Shown one piece after another: positions 18,974 through 28,814 of a DNA stretch of 64,000 nucleotides (the first letter of the stretch is position 1; the number at the start of each line of letters is the position of its first letter). The position numbers and the translations under genes were made by a program. Origin of the DNA: an uncultured Lachnospiraceae bacterium (GTDB taxonomy: Bacteria; Bacillota; Clostridia; Lachnospirales; Lachnospiraceae); the NCBI GenBank assembly GCA_910578715.1, contig CAJTRL010000014.1, positions 3,876 to 67,875 on the forward strand, in the 5' to 3' direction. The notes under the pieces are model-generated. The model had not been told where the DNA came from. It saw only the letters and a list, made by a program, of their open reading frames with translations, and did not search any database.

Positions 18974-20236
18974 TCATTTGTCCCTGCCGGCGTTCCGGAC
19001 ATCCTCCGGGGTACATTTCATATTCGAATAGCGCGCCTTTTCATATAGAAGGGAAAGGTTTTCTTCCTGGAACAGACTGCCGCATTCTCTGGCGGTATAG
19101 CTTTCAAAGGGCCGGGTATTTCCCTGATTTTGTTTTGGCAGTCCGCTCTTTTTGATGCCAATTCTCTGCCTGTAAATCCGCCGGATTTTGTCATTCGGGC
19201 TTAAAAATGCCCAAAATCTGGCCGGCCTGGTTTTCTTTTCCGAGTGCTTCGCTTCATACCGTTCCCGGATGTCCTGTCCGGCATTTCCCCAGGCATCGTT
19301 TACAAATGTTTTTTTCTGACGGAAACGTTCCCGGACCATTCGCACAAAACGGTACAGGGCGGCCAGGAGCATGCCCAGAAGAAAGAGCGGTACGAGAAGT
19401 TCAAAAATCTTTTCCAGTATCTGCCAGAAAAGTCCGGCTTCTCCCGCTTCCAGATACATGCCAGCCGGAGCCGCCGGGCTTTTGTTCTGTATCGGTTCGG
19501 TAAAATGTTCTTCCATTCCGGCAAAAAGCGATGCGAGGAAGGCAAAAAAGCCGTGTTCCCGGAGCCAGATGATTCCCTCTTTGAGCGTTGCCAAAAAACG
19601 GGCAAGCCAGTCCAGATTGGAAAGCAGCAAAACGGCGGCCATGCCAGACAGGGTAAAAAGAAACGACAGGCACGTTCCGGCAAGGAAAATCTCCCGGCGC
19701 GGGATATACCCGGCGCTTCCGCTGTTGACGGCTATAAAATAAAGATAATGATTAAGATAACATCTGATATGATAACAGATAAAATAAAAGGCGGCCATGC
19801 AGATAAAATAAAAATCGGTTTCCTGATATCCCCGAAAGTGCAGCAGAAAGAGTGAAAGAGCGATGATGCCGACGGCGACCACGGGCGCGATGATTCCGTC
19901 CAGGCGTTCTTCCGTCCGGATGCGCAGAGAAAAGGAATAAACGGCGAGTCCGGCTCCATAAAAATACAGGAGAAGTTTCAGGGCAAGACCGGAGACAGGC
20001 ACGGAAAATAAACATGCGAGGCACAAAAGATGGCTGACGGCAAGAAGCAGAAAGCCGTTGGTATATCTTCTGATAAAAAAGAACAGAACGGGAAGAAGGC
20101 CGCAGACTGCCCATAGCGCAAGCGGCGGCTTTCGCCCGGACAGGACGGCCGCGGCCGCGATGACTGCAAAAAGCGTCCAGTGATTCATTTGTATGGCCAG
20201 TATATCGGCGGCGGCAATGATTTTTTCCTGTTTCAT
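18974..20236 (-). CDS. DUF4129-type polytopic membrane protein
   Basis: 420 aa, multiple TM segments, C-terminal motif LLYEKARYS typical of DUF4129. Last gene of the MoxR operon. Confidence 0.65.
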   Translation of the reverse strand: MKQEKIIAAADILAIQMNHWTLFAVIAAAAVLSGRKPPLALWAVCGLLPVLFFFIRRYTNGFLLLAVSHLLCLACLFSVPVSGLALKLLLYFYGAGLAVYSFSLRIRTEERLDGIIAPVVAVGIIALSLFLLHFRGYQETDFYFICMAAFYFICYHIRCYLNHYLYFIAVNSGSAGYIPRREIFLAGTCLSFLFTLSGMAAVLLLSNLDWLARFLATLKEGIIWLREHGFFAFLASLFAGMEEHFTEPIQNKSPAAPAGMYLEAGEAGLFWQILEKIFELLVPLFLLGMLLAALYRFVRMVRERFRQKKTFVNDAWGNAGQDIRERYEAKHSEKKTRPARFWAFLSPNDKIRRIYRQRIGIKKSGLPKQNQGNTRPFESYTARECGSLFQEENLSLLYEKARYSNMKCTPEDVRNAGRDK

Positions 20237-20275
20237 CGTGTTAGTGGTGTCATCCTTTCAGAAGTTTGTAACGTA

Positions 20276-21406
20276 TTAAGAACGCTCAATGGGTAATATA
20301 ATAACATTTGTTTTCCATTCGTCGGACAGTTCCGGCGGCTTATCCGTTTTGGATAACGGATAGAACCAAAGGAAATCCGGGTCTGTTCTACGGTAACGTT
20401 CAAGCAGCGCCGTGAAACTGTCATAAGCGTTGGGAGATACGAAGATGGTAGCTGCGCCGGGAGGCATATTCATCAGCTCCTGTTCAAAGCATGCCGAAAA
20501 ATCGGCCGTTTCCTGTTTCGTATCGACCCGTGCAAGCGCCCGGTATATTTGCTGTAACTGTCCGGCGCCGGCCCCTGCGTTAAGCAGTACTGGGGCCCTG
20601 TCCAGAATATCCCGGCCGTTGCCGTAACAGGCTGCCCGGCTGCCCTGATGGAGAAAAAAGGCAGCGAGTCCGGCGGTAATCTGGAGAGCAGCCTCTACTG
20701 CGTCGTCTTTTTTCAGAATGCCGCTGTCCTCTATGTTGAAAAAGATGCGGACGGTATTCAGGGAGGTGCAGCTTTTTTGGTTCACCTTCAGCTCACCGGT
20801 TCTGGCGGAAGCCTTCCAGTTGATACTGCGCATATCGTCATAGGGCTGATATTCCCGGATGCCCCGGTATTCGAAAGGGTCTTCCGGGAAATATTTTCTG
20901 GTCAGAAGCTCCCCGCTCAGCTGTTGAAGGGATTTCCGAAATATTTCGGAGACAAAGGGGGCGGGATAGACATAAAAATACTGCTCTGTCTGTCTGCTTT
21001 CCACCATTTCCGTAGAAAGGAACAGGTCCGCGGCAACAAGGTCGATGTTATGAATCCGGTAATAGCCTCTTTTGGCGGCGGTAAATTCCAGTTTTCTTGT
21101 GATGCGCTCCCGTCCTTTTACCTGAAAAATATCGTTGCGGTAATACAGGTCGGTGACGCGGGAACCTCCGGCGTCCGTAAAATGCAGATTCCGGTCGGTC
21201 TGAAATTTCACTTTGAGCATGGGGAGCGGCAGGCGTTTGCCGTTTTCGATGATTTCAAGCAATTCGCCCTTTTCCCCTTCAAACAGGCTCTTTTTGGTAA
21301 ATTCCAGGCGGATATCCAGATTCTTTGCCCACCATTTTCCGTATAGTTTCCGTTGGAGCCATATAAGCCCCAGGGCCAGCAGCCCGATTCCGATTATTTT
21401 CATCAT
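20276..21406 (-). CDS. DUF58 domain protein
   Basis: True start is MMKIIGIG at 21406, in an ATGA overlap with the MoxR stop. The longer 570-aa ORF-track version runs through moxR out of frame. Confidence 0.8.
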   Translation of the reverse strand: MMKIIGIGLLALGLIWLQRKLYGKWWAKNLDIRLEFTKKSLFEGEKGELLEIIENGKRLPLPMLKVKFQTDRNLHFTDAGGSRVTDLYYRNDIFQVKGRERITRKLEFTAAKRGYYRIHNIDLVAADLFLSTEMVESRQTEQYFYVYPAPFVSEIFRKSLQQLSGELLTRKYFPEDPFEYRGIREYQPYDDMRSINWKASARTGELKVNQKSCTSLNTVRIFFNIEDSGILKKDDAVEAALQITAGLAAFFLHQGSRAACYGNGRDILDRAPVLLNAGAGAGQLQQIYRALARVDTKQETADFSACFEQELMNMPPGAATIFVSPNAYDSFTALLERYRRTDPDFLWFYPLSKTDKPPELSDEWKTNVIILPIERS

Positions 21407-22353
21407 GCCCGAAAATCCTCTGTGGGTACTTTGACCTGTTCCAGTACTTTGCGGACAAAATCGACGCTCTCCTGACTGCCGCTTTTGCCAAAATCCATCA
21501 GGAGACGGTGTGCGAGCACCGGAATTGCTACGGCCTTTATATCGTCCGGGATGACAAAATTCCGCCCCTCCAGAAAGGCATAGGCTTTGGCACAGCGAAG
21601 AAAGGCGAGACTGCCTCTGGGACTTACGCCCATGAGAATTGTTTCCTTCTTGCGGGTGGCGGAAACGATATCTATCATATATTCCTGTACCGTCCGGTGG
21701 ACAAAGACTTTTACGACTTCCTGTTTTGCCAGCCGCAGTTCTTCCAGCGTCAGTACGCCGGAAAGTTCCGAAAGCGGTTCTTTTTCCATATACCGGGAGA
21801 GCATTTCGAGCTCTTCTTCTCTGGTGGGAAGTCCCAGAGACAGACGCATCATGAAACGGTCCATCTGCGCTTCCGGCAGTGGAAATGTGCCCGCCGTTTC
21901 CACAGGGTTCTGCGTTGCGATGACAAAAAAGGGCTCGCCCGGCACATAGCTTGTCCCGTCGATGGTTACCTGTTTTTCCTCCATACATTCCAGCAGACCG
22001 GCCTGGGTCCTCGGCGTGGCGCGGTTGATTTCGTCGGCCAGCAGAATATTCGTAAATACCGGGCCTTTTCTCAAAACAAAAGCGTTACTTTGCCTGTCGA
22101 AAACCGTAAGCCCCGTAATATCGGCGGGCAGTAAGTCCGGCGTAAACTGGATTCTGGAAAAGTCCGCATACAGCGATTTGGCAAGCGTTTTCGCCAGTTT
22201 GGTCTTGCCCGTTCCGGGAATGTCTTCAAGCAGCACATGTCCTTCCGCCAGAAGTGCGGTCAGAAGCAGACGGATGGATTCGTCTTTTCCGATAATAACC
22301 TTGTGAATGTTTTCCAATATTTTCCGGGCAAATTCGTTTCCCTGTATTTCCAT
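21403..22353 (-). CDS. MoxR-family AAA+ ATPase
   Basis: Walker A EDIPGTGKT, Walker B LLADEINR, about 316 aa. Confidence 0.9.
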   Translation of the reverse strand: MEIQGNEFARKILENIHKVIIGKDESIRLLLTALLAEGHVLLEDIPGTGKTKLAKTLAKSLYADFSRIQFTPDLLPADITGLTVFDRQSNAFVLRKGPVFTNILLADEINRATPRTQAGLLECMEEKQVTIDGTSYVPGEPFFVIATQNPVETAGTFPLPEAQMDRFMMRLSLGLPTREEELEMLSRYMEKEPLSELSGVLTLEELRLAKQEVVKVFVHRTVQEYMIDIVSATRKKETILMGVSPRGSLAFLRCAKAYAFLEGRNFVIPDDIKAVAIPVLAHRLLMDFGKSGSQESVDFVRKVLEQVKVPTEDFRA

Positions 22354-22597
22354 GATAATACCAATACCTTTCTCTCAATTTTTTTAATGGCGTATCCGGT
22401 ATGCCTTGCACAGGAAGCCTTTTTTCTTGGCATTTCCAGTGTACTCTGCACAGGAAACCTCAGCATATCTTAAGTTTATCTTCATTGGCTGGAATTGTAA
22501 ATCAAATTTTAGCCGGAATGATTGACAGAAAAAGGGCGACACCTTACAATAATTGATAGGGTCCGGGCGTCGTCCGGGCGCATGGATTGAGAAAGGC

Positions 22598-23764
22598 ATG
22601 GATATCGTTATGGAGTTTATTGCGCCCTGTCATTTCGGGCTGGAAGCAGTACTGAAAAAAGAAATTCTGGATTTGGGATATGAAATCTCTTCGGTGGAGG
22701 ACGGCCGCGTTACTTTTTCGGGAGACGGAAACGCCCTTAGCCGCGCCAATGTCTTTCTGCGCACGGCGGAAAGAGTGCTTATCAAGGCCGGCAGCTTCCG
22801 TGCGGAAACGTTTGAAGAGCTTTTTCAGGGAACGAGAAACATTGCGTGGGAAGAGTATATCCCGGAAGACGGAAAATTTTGGGTGGCAAAGGCCGCCAGC
22901 ATCAAGAGCAGGCTTTTCAGTCCCTCCGATATTCAGTCCATCATGAAAAAAGCGATGGTGGAACGGCTGAAAACGGTTTATCATAAGGAATGGTTTGCGG
23001 AAAGCGGGGCTTCTTTTCCGGTACGGGTCTTCTTGCTGAAGGATGAGGTCGTCGTCGGACTGGACACGACGGGAGAATCTCTCCACAAAAGAGGGTACCG
23101 GAAACTGACGGCAAAGGCGCCCATCGCGGAAAATCTGGCGGCAGGGCTGATAATGCTGACGCCCTGGCATAAAGACAGGATTCTGGTGGACCCGTTTTGC
23201 GGAAGCGGCACTTTTCCCATCGAAGCGGCCATGATGGCGGCCAATATGGCGCCGGGAGCAAACCGCAGTTTTCTGGCGGAAGACTGGACGCATATTGTGC
23301 CGCGCAAAGACTGGTACCGGGCGATGGATGAGGCGGAATCCATGATTGACAGGACTGTAAAACCGGATATCCAGGGGTATGACATCGACGATAAAATGGT
23401 GGCGGTTTCCAGGGAGAATGCCCGGCTTGCGGGTGTGGAAGATATGATTCATTTTCAGCGCAGAAGCGTGGAACAGCTGAGCCACCCTAAAAAGTATGGA
23501 TTCCTGATTACCAATCCCCCTTATGGAGAGCGGCTTGAAGATAAAAAGGCGCTGCCCGAATTGTACCGGGTACTGGGCGGGCGGTATCAGGCGCTGGACA
23601 GCTGGTCCATGTATGTGATTTCCGCTTATGAACAGGCGGAACAATATATAGGAAGAAAAGCGGATAAAAACCGCAAAATTTACAACGGCATGATGAGAAC
23701 ATATTACTATCAGTTTATGGGGCCGAAGCCGCCGAAGCGGAAGACGGATAAACCCATCGGCTGA
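22598..23764 (+). CDS. THUMP-domain class I SAM-dependent RNA methyltransferase
   Basis: THUMP-like N-terminal half and NPPYGERL catalytic motif. Start at 22598 or 22610. Confidence 0.85.
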   Translation: MDIVMEFIAPCHFGLEAVLKKEILDLGYEISSVEDGRVTFSGDGNALSRANVFLRTAERVLIKAGSFRAETFEELFQGTRNIAWEEYIPEDGKFWVAKAASIKSRLFSPSDIQSIMKKAMVERLKTVYHKEWFAESGASFPVRVFLLKDEVVVGLDTTGESLHKRGYRKLTAKAPIAENLAAGLIMLTPWHKDRILVDPFCGSGTFPIEAAMMAANMAPGANRSFLAEDWTHIVPRKDWYRAMDEAESMIDRTVKPDIQGYDIDDKMVAVSRENARLAGVEDMIHFQRRSVEQLSHPKKYGFLITNPPYGERLEDKKALPELYRVLGGRYQALDSWSMYVISAYEQAEQYIGRKADKNRKIYNGMMRTYYYQFMGPKPPKRKTDKPIG

Positions 23765-23792
23765 TAACCGGGAACTGCATGTAGAGAAAGGC

Positions 23793-24959
23793 ATGGTTAT
23801 TGGAATGCAGCAGAATCAACTTATGAAAAGAACGGCAGTTTATACGGTGCTGTTTGCCTGTTTTGCATTGACGGCGATTTTTTACTATTCCGCTCATAAG
23901 ATTGTTGTTGTCGCGGATGTGGCACAGGATGAGGTCGCCCAGGTGCAGACGGGCGGGGAATGGACGGCGCAGAATGGGAGCGGCGCGGGCGCAGCGGGAA
24001 ACGGTGCAGGCGTACAGGGAAGCGGTACTGGTGCAGAAAACGCCCCGGACGGCGCTTCTTTGCAGAACGATATTTTGTTTGGGCAGAACGGACAGGAAAT
24101 GAATTATTTCTGTATTCCGCTGCATACGAATGTAAAGGCCGAAGATGTGACGATAGAAAATCACTATATGGATAAGGAGCTCTGGGTCAGCATCAGACAG
24201 GGGGCGGAAAATGCGGGTTATGAAGAGTTTTACCGGACACAGGGCGTTTACGGCAACCGGAGCGCGGTTATCGATGGCCGCTTTGAAAGCGGGGCTGAGA
24301 CCTTCTGGCTGAAATTCAGACTGACTGACGTTTACGAGTATCATAGCATTTTTGAAGACAATAAACTCTATATTGAATTTATGACGCCGAGAGAGGCATA
24401 TGATAAAATTGTGGTTATCGACCCGGCTTACGGCGGAGAGATAACGGGAGCGATTTCGGAAGAGCTGGCGGGAAAGGATATCACGCTGGAGATTGCCCGT
24501 GCGCTGAAGAAAAAACTGGACGGAACGGATATTAAGGTTTATTATACCCGGATGGATGACAGTGCCCTGTCCGACGAAGAGAGGGTCGGGCTGGCCAATG
24601 CCGCCAAAGCCGATATGCTGATACGCATTGAGGTCAACGAAAATGAAGATTCCAAAATATACGGGACGGAAGCGGTATATAACAGCCGATTTTTTATTCC
24701 GGGATTCGGAAGCGTGGAACTGGCTGATTTACTGGAGAGAGAAGTCGTTACGGCAATCAGCGGGAAGGCCAACGGCCTGACGGATTCGACAGAGGAAGAC
24801 GTTGTCATCAATGACGCCACCGTTCCGGCTGCGGCAATCCGCGTCGGATATCTGAGCAATGGCCAGGAAGAGATTCTGCTGGGAAGGGAAGACTATATCC
24901 AGAAGATTGCGGAAGGCATTTACCAGGCCATTATGAAAGTGTATTCTGGTGACTCATGA
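23793..24959 (+). CDS. N-acetylmuramoyl-L-alanine amidase (Amidase_3)
   Basis: N-terminal TM anchor and a C-terminal amidase_3-like domain (VVIDPAYGG ... LIRIEVN). Confidence 0.8.
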   Translation: MVIGMQQNQLMKRTAVYTVLFACFALTAIFYYSAHKIVVVADVAQDEVAQVQTGGEWTAQNGSGAGAAGNGAGVQGSGTGAENAPDGASLQNDILFGQNGQEMNYFCIPLHTNVKAEDVTIENHYMDKELWVSIRQGAENAGYEEFYRTQGVYGNRSAVIDGRFESGAETFWLKFRLTDVYEYHSIFEDNKLYIEFMTPREAYDKIVVIDPAYGGEITGAISEELAGKDITLEIARALKKKLDGTDIKVYYTRMDDSALSDEERVGLANAAKADMLIRIEVNENEDSKIYGTEAVYNSRFFIPGFGSVELADLLEREVVTAISGKANGLTDSTEEDVVINDATVPAAAIRVGYLSNGQEEILLGREDYIQKIAEGIYQAIMKVYSGDS

Positions 24960-25023
24960 ATGGCATGGCTGAACTGTTACGATGAGGAGTAAGACGGAAA
25001 ATGCGGTCTTATGGAGGATTAGG

Positions 25024-25626
25024 ATGAAACAGACAATCATTTTTGCGACGGGGAACGCGGGAAAAATGCGGGAAATCCGCCAGATTATGGAAGGCGCCGA
25101 TGTGGAACTGCTTTCCATGAAGGAAGCCGGAATTGAGGCCGATATCGTAGAGGATGGAAAGAGCTTTGAAGAAAATGCCGTTATCAAAGCAAAAGCGGTG
25201 GCGCAAAAGACGAACCATATCGTCCTCGCTGACGACTCCGGGCTGGAAATCGATTATCTGAATAAAGAACCGGGCATTTATTCGGCCCGTTACCTGGGAG
25301 AAGATACTCCCTATGATGTTAAAAATGCAAATTTACTGGAACGGCTGAAAGGCGTGCCGGAGGAAAAACGCACGGCACGGTTTGTCTGTGCGATTGCGGC
25401 GGCAATGCCAGATGGAGAAATTTTTACAACAACAGGTTTTATAGAAGGGAGAATCGGCCATGAAATAAAAGGCGAAAACGGATTTGGCTATGACCCGATT
25501 TTTTATCTCCCGGAATATCAGTGCACCTCCGCACAGCTGAGCGAGGAGGAAAAAAACGCCATCAGCCACAGAGGCAGAGCGCTTACGGCAATGCGGGAAG
25601 AACTCGGGAAAAGGATAGAGCTATGA
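25024..25626 (+). CDS. rdgB: Non-canonical purine NTP pyrophosphatase (RdgB/HAM1)
   Basis: IIFATGNAGK ... FGYDPIF ... ISHRGRA motifs. GGAGG upstream of ATG 25024. Confidence 0.9.
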   Translation: MKQTIIFATGNAGKMREIRQIMEGADVELLSMKEAGIEADIVEDGKSFEENAVIKAKAVAQKTNHIVLADDSGLEIDYLNKEPGIYSARYLGEDTPYDVKNANLLERLKGVPEEKRTARFVCAIAAAMPDGEIFTTTGFIEGRIGHEIKGENGFGYDPIFYLPEYQCTSAQLSEEEKNAISHRGRALTAMREELGKRIEL

Positions 25627-26102
25627 AGATACTGATTGTAAGCGATACCCACCGCCGAAATGAAAATTTTTTTCGGACGCTGGATAAAGTTGCTCCGGTG
25701 GACCTGGTAGTGCATTGCGGCGACGTTGAAGGCAGCGAACGCCTGATTGAGGAAGCGGCCGGCTGCCCGGTGCAGATGGTGCGCGGAAATAACGATTTCA
25801 TTTCCCCGATGCCGCGGGAAGTGGAATTTATGATAGGAAAATACAAAGTCTTTCTGACACATGGACATAATTACTGCGTCTATATGAATTATGAAACCAT
25901 TAAACAGGAAGCCAGAGACCGGGAAGCGGATATCGTTATGTGCGGGCACACGCACAAGCCGGTCATAGATATCGAAAAAAACCTGACACTGCTTAATCCC
26001 GGCAGCATGAGCTACCCGCGGCAGGAAGGAAGACGGCCCTCGTACATACTGATGGAGCTGGACAAGGACGGAGAAGCGCATTATACGATAAACTATCTGT
26101 AA
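25623..26102 (+). CDS. YfcE/MJ0936-family metallophosphoesterase
   Basis: MKILIVSDTH ... GD ... GNND ... HGH ... GHTH motif series. ATGA overlap with the rdgB stop. Confidence 0.85.
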   Translation: MKILIVSDTHRRNENFFRTLDKVAPVDLVVHCGDVEGSERLIEEAAGCPVQMVRGNNDFISPMPREVEFMIGKYKVFLTHGHNYCVYMNYETIKQEARDREADIVMCGHTHKPVIDIEKNLTLLNPGSMSYPRQEGRRPSYILMELDKDGEAHYTINYL

Positions 26103-26187
26103 AATGAGGCGGTAAGAGACGGAACTGCTGCGGTGAATTGCAACAATAAAATTACATTCTCGAAAATATTGTGAAATCTGCACAATA

Positions 26188-26237
26188 AAACAGACTGTTT
26201 TCCTCCGGATGCGGTGATTAAACAGTCTGTTTTTTTG
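26188..26237 (+). terminator. Rho-independent terminator of the rdgB-yfcE operon
   Basis: AAACAGACTGTTT / AAACAGTCTGTTT 13-bp stem followed by a T-run. Confidence 0.55.
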
Positions 26238-26432
26238 TGCGTTTTTACTGACAGCTTATTTTGGGGCATGGAAAAGAAAGGTACTTTCTGTACCATTCCT
26301 AACCCCCACCGGAGAGTACTAAACTCGAAAATACCTCATTAAGTACTCTATGCGGCGCCCCCTTCCCCGACTCCAGGGGGACTGCAAGACGCGGCCGGGG
26401 AAACTTATATCATAACACTGTTTCCGCGTAAC

Positions 26433-27467
26433 CTATACCGGAAGCGCAAGGCTTTCCCTGTATGCCTTACTGCTGATACCACCGAGTATCTTACGCGGGT
26501 AACTGTTTATCCATGTTTCCACCATTTCCACCTGTTTCACTGACACATCATCGAATACCGTCCCCTTCGGGAAGAAACGCCTTATCAGGCGGTTGATGTT
26601 TTCATTTGTCCCGCGCTCCCATGAACTGTATGGATGGCAGTAGTAAACTGTCGTTCTGTTCCCTTCTGTGTATCTGCTTTTCTCGATTCCCTTACAGTCC
26701 AGAAACTCACAGCCATTGTCACAGGTGATGGTTTTAAACTTTTCCCGGAACTTTCTGCTGCCGTACTTTCTTTCAAGCATATTCAGGGCATGGACTACCG
26801 AAGATGACGTCCTGGCTTTCATCTTCTCAATGATTTCCTCCCGTGTCATTCTTTCAGAGAGGACAAGCAGACAGCCTTTTCCCTTCCCCTGTGCGCTGAC
26901 AACCGTATCCATTTCCCAATGCCCGTATTGTTTCCGGCCAAGGACAGCCGGGTCCCGTTCCTCTATGGAACGGCCCCTGCGGTTATTCAGGGAGACGGCG
27001 GAAGATTCTTTTTTCTTCTTACACTTTTTCTTTTTTACCGGGAGGTCTTTATTAGAAACATCGGCAAACAGTTCCATATCAAGATAATTGTAGACAGTTT
27101 TACAGCATAAAGTAGTTGAAAACTGAATCCCCTCATTTTTCATATATAAAATAAGGGCTTCAGGAGAATATTTCATATCTTTTATCATATATGCAATGAA
27201 TGCGGCAAATTCATAATCGGAGCCTATTTTCAGGTTGCGGCCGCGGTTAGATACGGATTTCTCATAGACCAGCTGGGCATAATCTGCCTTATATACATAA
27301 TGCTCTGCAAGAAGCGAATCCAGCTGCTTCACAGTGCCGCGTTCTATCTCTTTCCGAAGTGTATGGTATTTTATATCAAGCCGTTCCGCGATATAAGAGC
27401 GGCTCTTTTTTTCCTCCAAAAGTATTTCTATTTTGTAACGTTCTCTTTCTGTAATATATTTTCCCAT
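26433..27467 (-). mobile_element. IS30-family transposase gene (IS ends not resolved)
   Basis: 344 aa from MGKYITERERYKIE. N-terminal HTH and C-terminal DDE region (HWEMDTV ... TCDNGCEF ... YCHPYSSWERGTNEN) typical of IS30. GAGGAGG sits before ATG 27467. Confidence 0.85.
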
Positions 27468-28002
27468 AAAGACATACCTCCTCTTTTTTCCGAGTCTGTC
27501 ATAAAAATAACAGCTTATAAAGGGTATATGAACGCTGGCGCGCCCTTTACAAGCCGTTATTTTTATGCGGCTGAAAATCCGCGTTATCTCCGGTTCCCGG
27601 ACCGTGAAAAAGTTTCCTGGCTGAATCATGACGGAAAAACCTGTACGCTGCCGAAGCCGTCCGTTTTTGAAACTGCCCCTTTTTCATCCCTTCCTGTTCT
27701 TCCTTCTGTCTCCGCATACCGCTTTCATCAGATTTGCTTAAAGCATCTTAAATGATACGGCTGAAAAAATCAAGCACCGTAAAAATTTTTAAAAGACAAA
27801 AATTTTTATCTATTTTCCTGAAGGAAAATTACTTGATTTTTCCATCCGCATCATTTAAAAGCAGATGCACGCAAACCCGACGAAAGCGATACACGAAGCC
27901 AGAAGAAAGAAAAGGAGATGATAAGAAAAGGAGCATTTTCAAAAACTGTATAAGACGCACCCCTCAGAAGAGCTCATCCAAAGCCAGAAAGGGAAAAATG
28001 AA

Positions 28003-28035
28003 AAACGATGGCCTAACGGCGGAACGGGGAGAAAG
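28003..28035 (+). repeat. 33-bp perfect direct repeat, copy A (leader of ORF 28045)
   Basis: AAACGATGGCCTAACGGCGGAACGGGGAGAAAG, identical to 28247-28279. Ends about 10 nt before the start codon. Confidence 0.9.
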
Positions 28036-28044
28036 GAAAAGAAC

Positions 28045-28239
28045 ATGAACAAAAAAGAAAGAAAACAGTTGGAAGAAATGGCAGTCATGAAGATGGGAAC
28101 AACACCATATTCACTGGTAAATGATTCTACCGCATACAGAGCCGGATATATCAGGGCATTACAGGATTTACAGATAATAGACGGACTATCAGCGGCAAGG
28201 ATGATGATAGAAATAGAAAAAATGGACTGGAAAAATTAA
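28045..28239 (+). CDS. Hypothetical phage protein
   Basis: 64-aa ORF preceded by repeat A, which includes the SD GGGGAGAAAGG. Confidence 0.5.
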   Translation: MNKKERKQLEEMAVMKMGTTPYSLVNDSTAYRAGYIRALQDLQIIDGLSAARMMIEIEKMDWKN

Positions 28240-28246
28240 AGATTAG

Positions 28247-28279
28247 AAACGATGGCCTAACGGCGGAACGGGGAGAAAG
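28247..28279 (+). repeat. 33-bp perfect direct repeat, copy B (leader of ORF 28289)
   Basis: Identical to copy A, offset by 244 bp. Confidence 0.9.
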
Positions 28280-28288
28280 AAGAACGAT

Positions 28289-28582
28289 ATGACGATGGAA
28301 GAATTATTAAAAAGAATGAGACTGACAGAAAAGGCACGGTGTTGTCAGAATGAAGAATACAACGGAATATACGGGATTCTGGAATCATGGCATACAAACA
28401 TGCAGACACAAAAACATGATATAGACTACTACAAATATCATCTTGAAGGCGCTGTTTTTGGATTATGTGCGGCACATTTCATCACTTTCAAAGAATTTGA
28501 ACAGCTGACAAAAGAAATAAACGAAACTTACAGAACATGTCTAAGAAAACTATTTGACACAGAGAAAGGAAAAAGCCTATAA
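28289..28582 (+). CDS. Hypothetical phage protein
   Basis: 97-aa ORF preceded by repeat B. Confidence 0.5.
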   Translation: MTMEELLKRMRLTEKARCCQNEEYNGIYGILESWHTNMQTQKHDIDYYKYHLEGAVFGLCAAHFITFKEFEQLTKEINETYRTCLRKLFDTEKGKSL

Positions 28583-28607
28583 TATCCCCAAGAAGGGGGC
28601 GGGCAGA

Positions 28608-28772
28608 ATGGAAAAGATGGGAATGACTGACAACCAGTACAAAGATTTTATAGAAGGCATTAAAGAAGATTTAGAGGAGCTGAACGAGTATAAGGAAGCC
28701 GGGGACAGCATGAGGTATGAAAAGAAATACAACAGGCTTATGGACAGACTGGAAAAAGCCCTGAAACGGTAA
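28608..28772 (+). CDS. Hypothetical phage protein
   Basis: 54 aa from MEKMGMTDNQYK. AAGGGGGCGGG lies upstream. Predicted helical and charged. Confidence 0.45.
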   Translation: MEKMGMTDNQYKDFIEGIKEDLEELNEYKEAGDSMRYEKKYNRLMDRLEKALKR

Positions 28773-28782
28773 CAGAAAAACA

Positions 28783-28807
28783 AAAGAGTAGGCGCGGCCT
28801 ACTCTTT
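28783..28807. terminator. Bidirectional hairpin between convergent genes
   Basis: AAAGAGTAGGC-gcg-GCCTACTCTTT, an 11-bp perfect stem between stop 28772 (+) and stop 28815 (-). Confidence 0.6.
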
Positions 28808-28814
28808 ATCTTTA

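Noticed and set aside
18723-19031. 102-aa Arg/Thr-rich ORF
   Set aside because: It is a frame-shifted shadow of the 54-aa N/Q-rich gene and runs through that gene's terminator. It has no SD.
21407-21988. N-terminal 194 codons of the 570-aa ORF (20276-21988)
   Set aside because: This part overlaps moxR in another frame and is Arg/Gly/Ser-rich nonsense. The MMKIIGIG start at 21406 is coupled by ATGA to the moxR stop and begins with a proper TM segment.
22544-23794. 416-aa minus-strand ORF that exactly mirrors the THUMP methyltransferase gene
   Set aside because: It is an antisense shadow. The product is Arg/Pro/Phe-rich with no motifs and no SD, whereas the plus-strand ORF has clear methyltransferase motifs.
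26398-27598. Terminal inverted repeats of the IS30-family element
   Set aside because: The best alignment (GGAAACTTATATCATAACACTGTTTCCGC versus GGAACCGGAGATAACGCGGATTTTCAGCCGC) is too poor to call. The IS boundaries are left unresolved.
27752-28048. 98-aa Lys/Arg-rich plus-strand ORF in the 570-bp gap right of the transposase
   Set aside because: It has no SD and a composition typical of an A-rich non-coding region. Only its last 16 codons (the uORF in repeat A) look meaningful.
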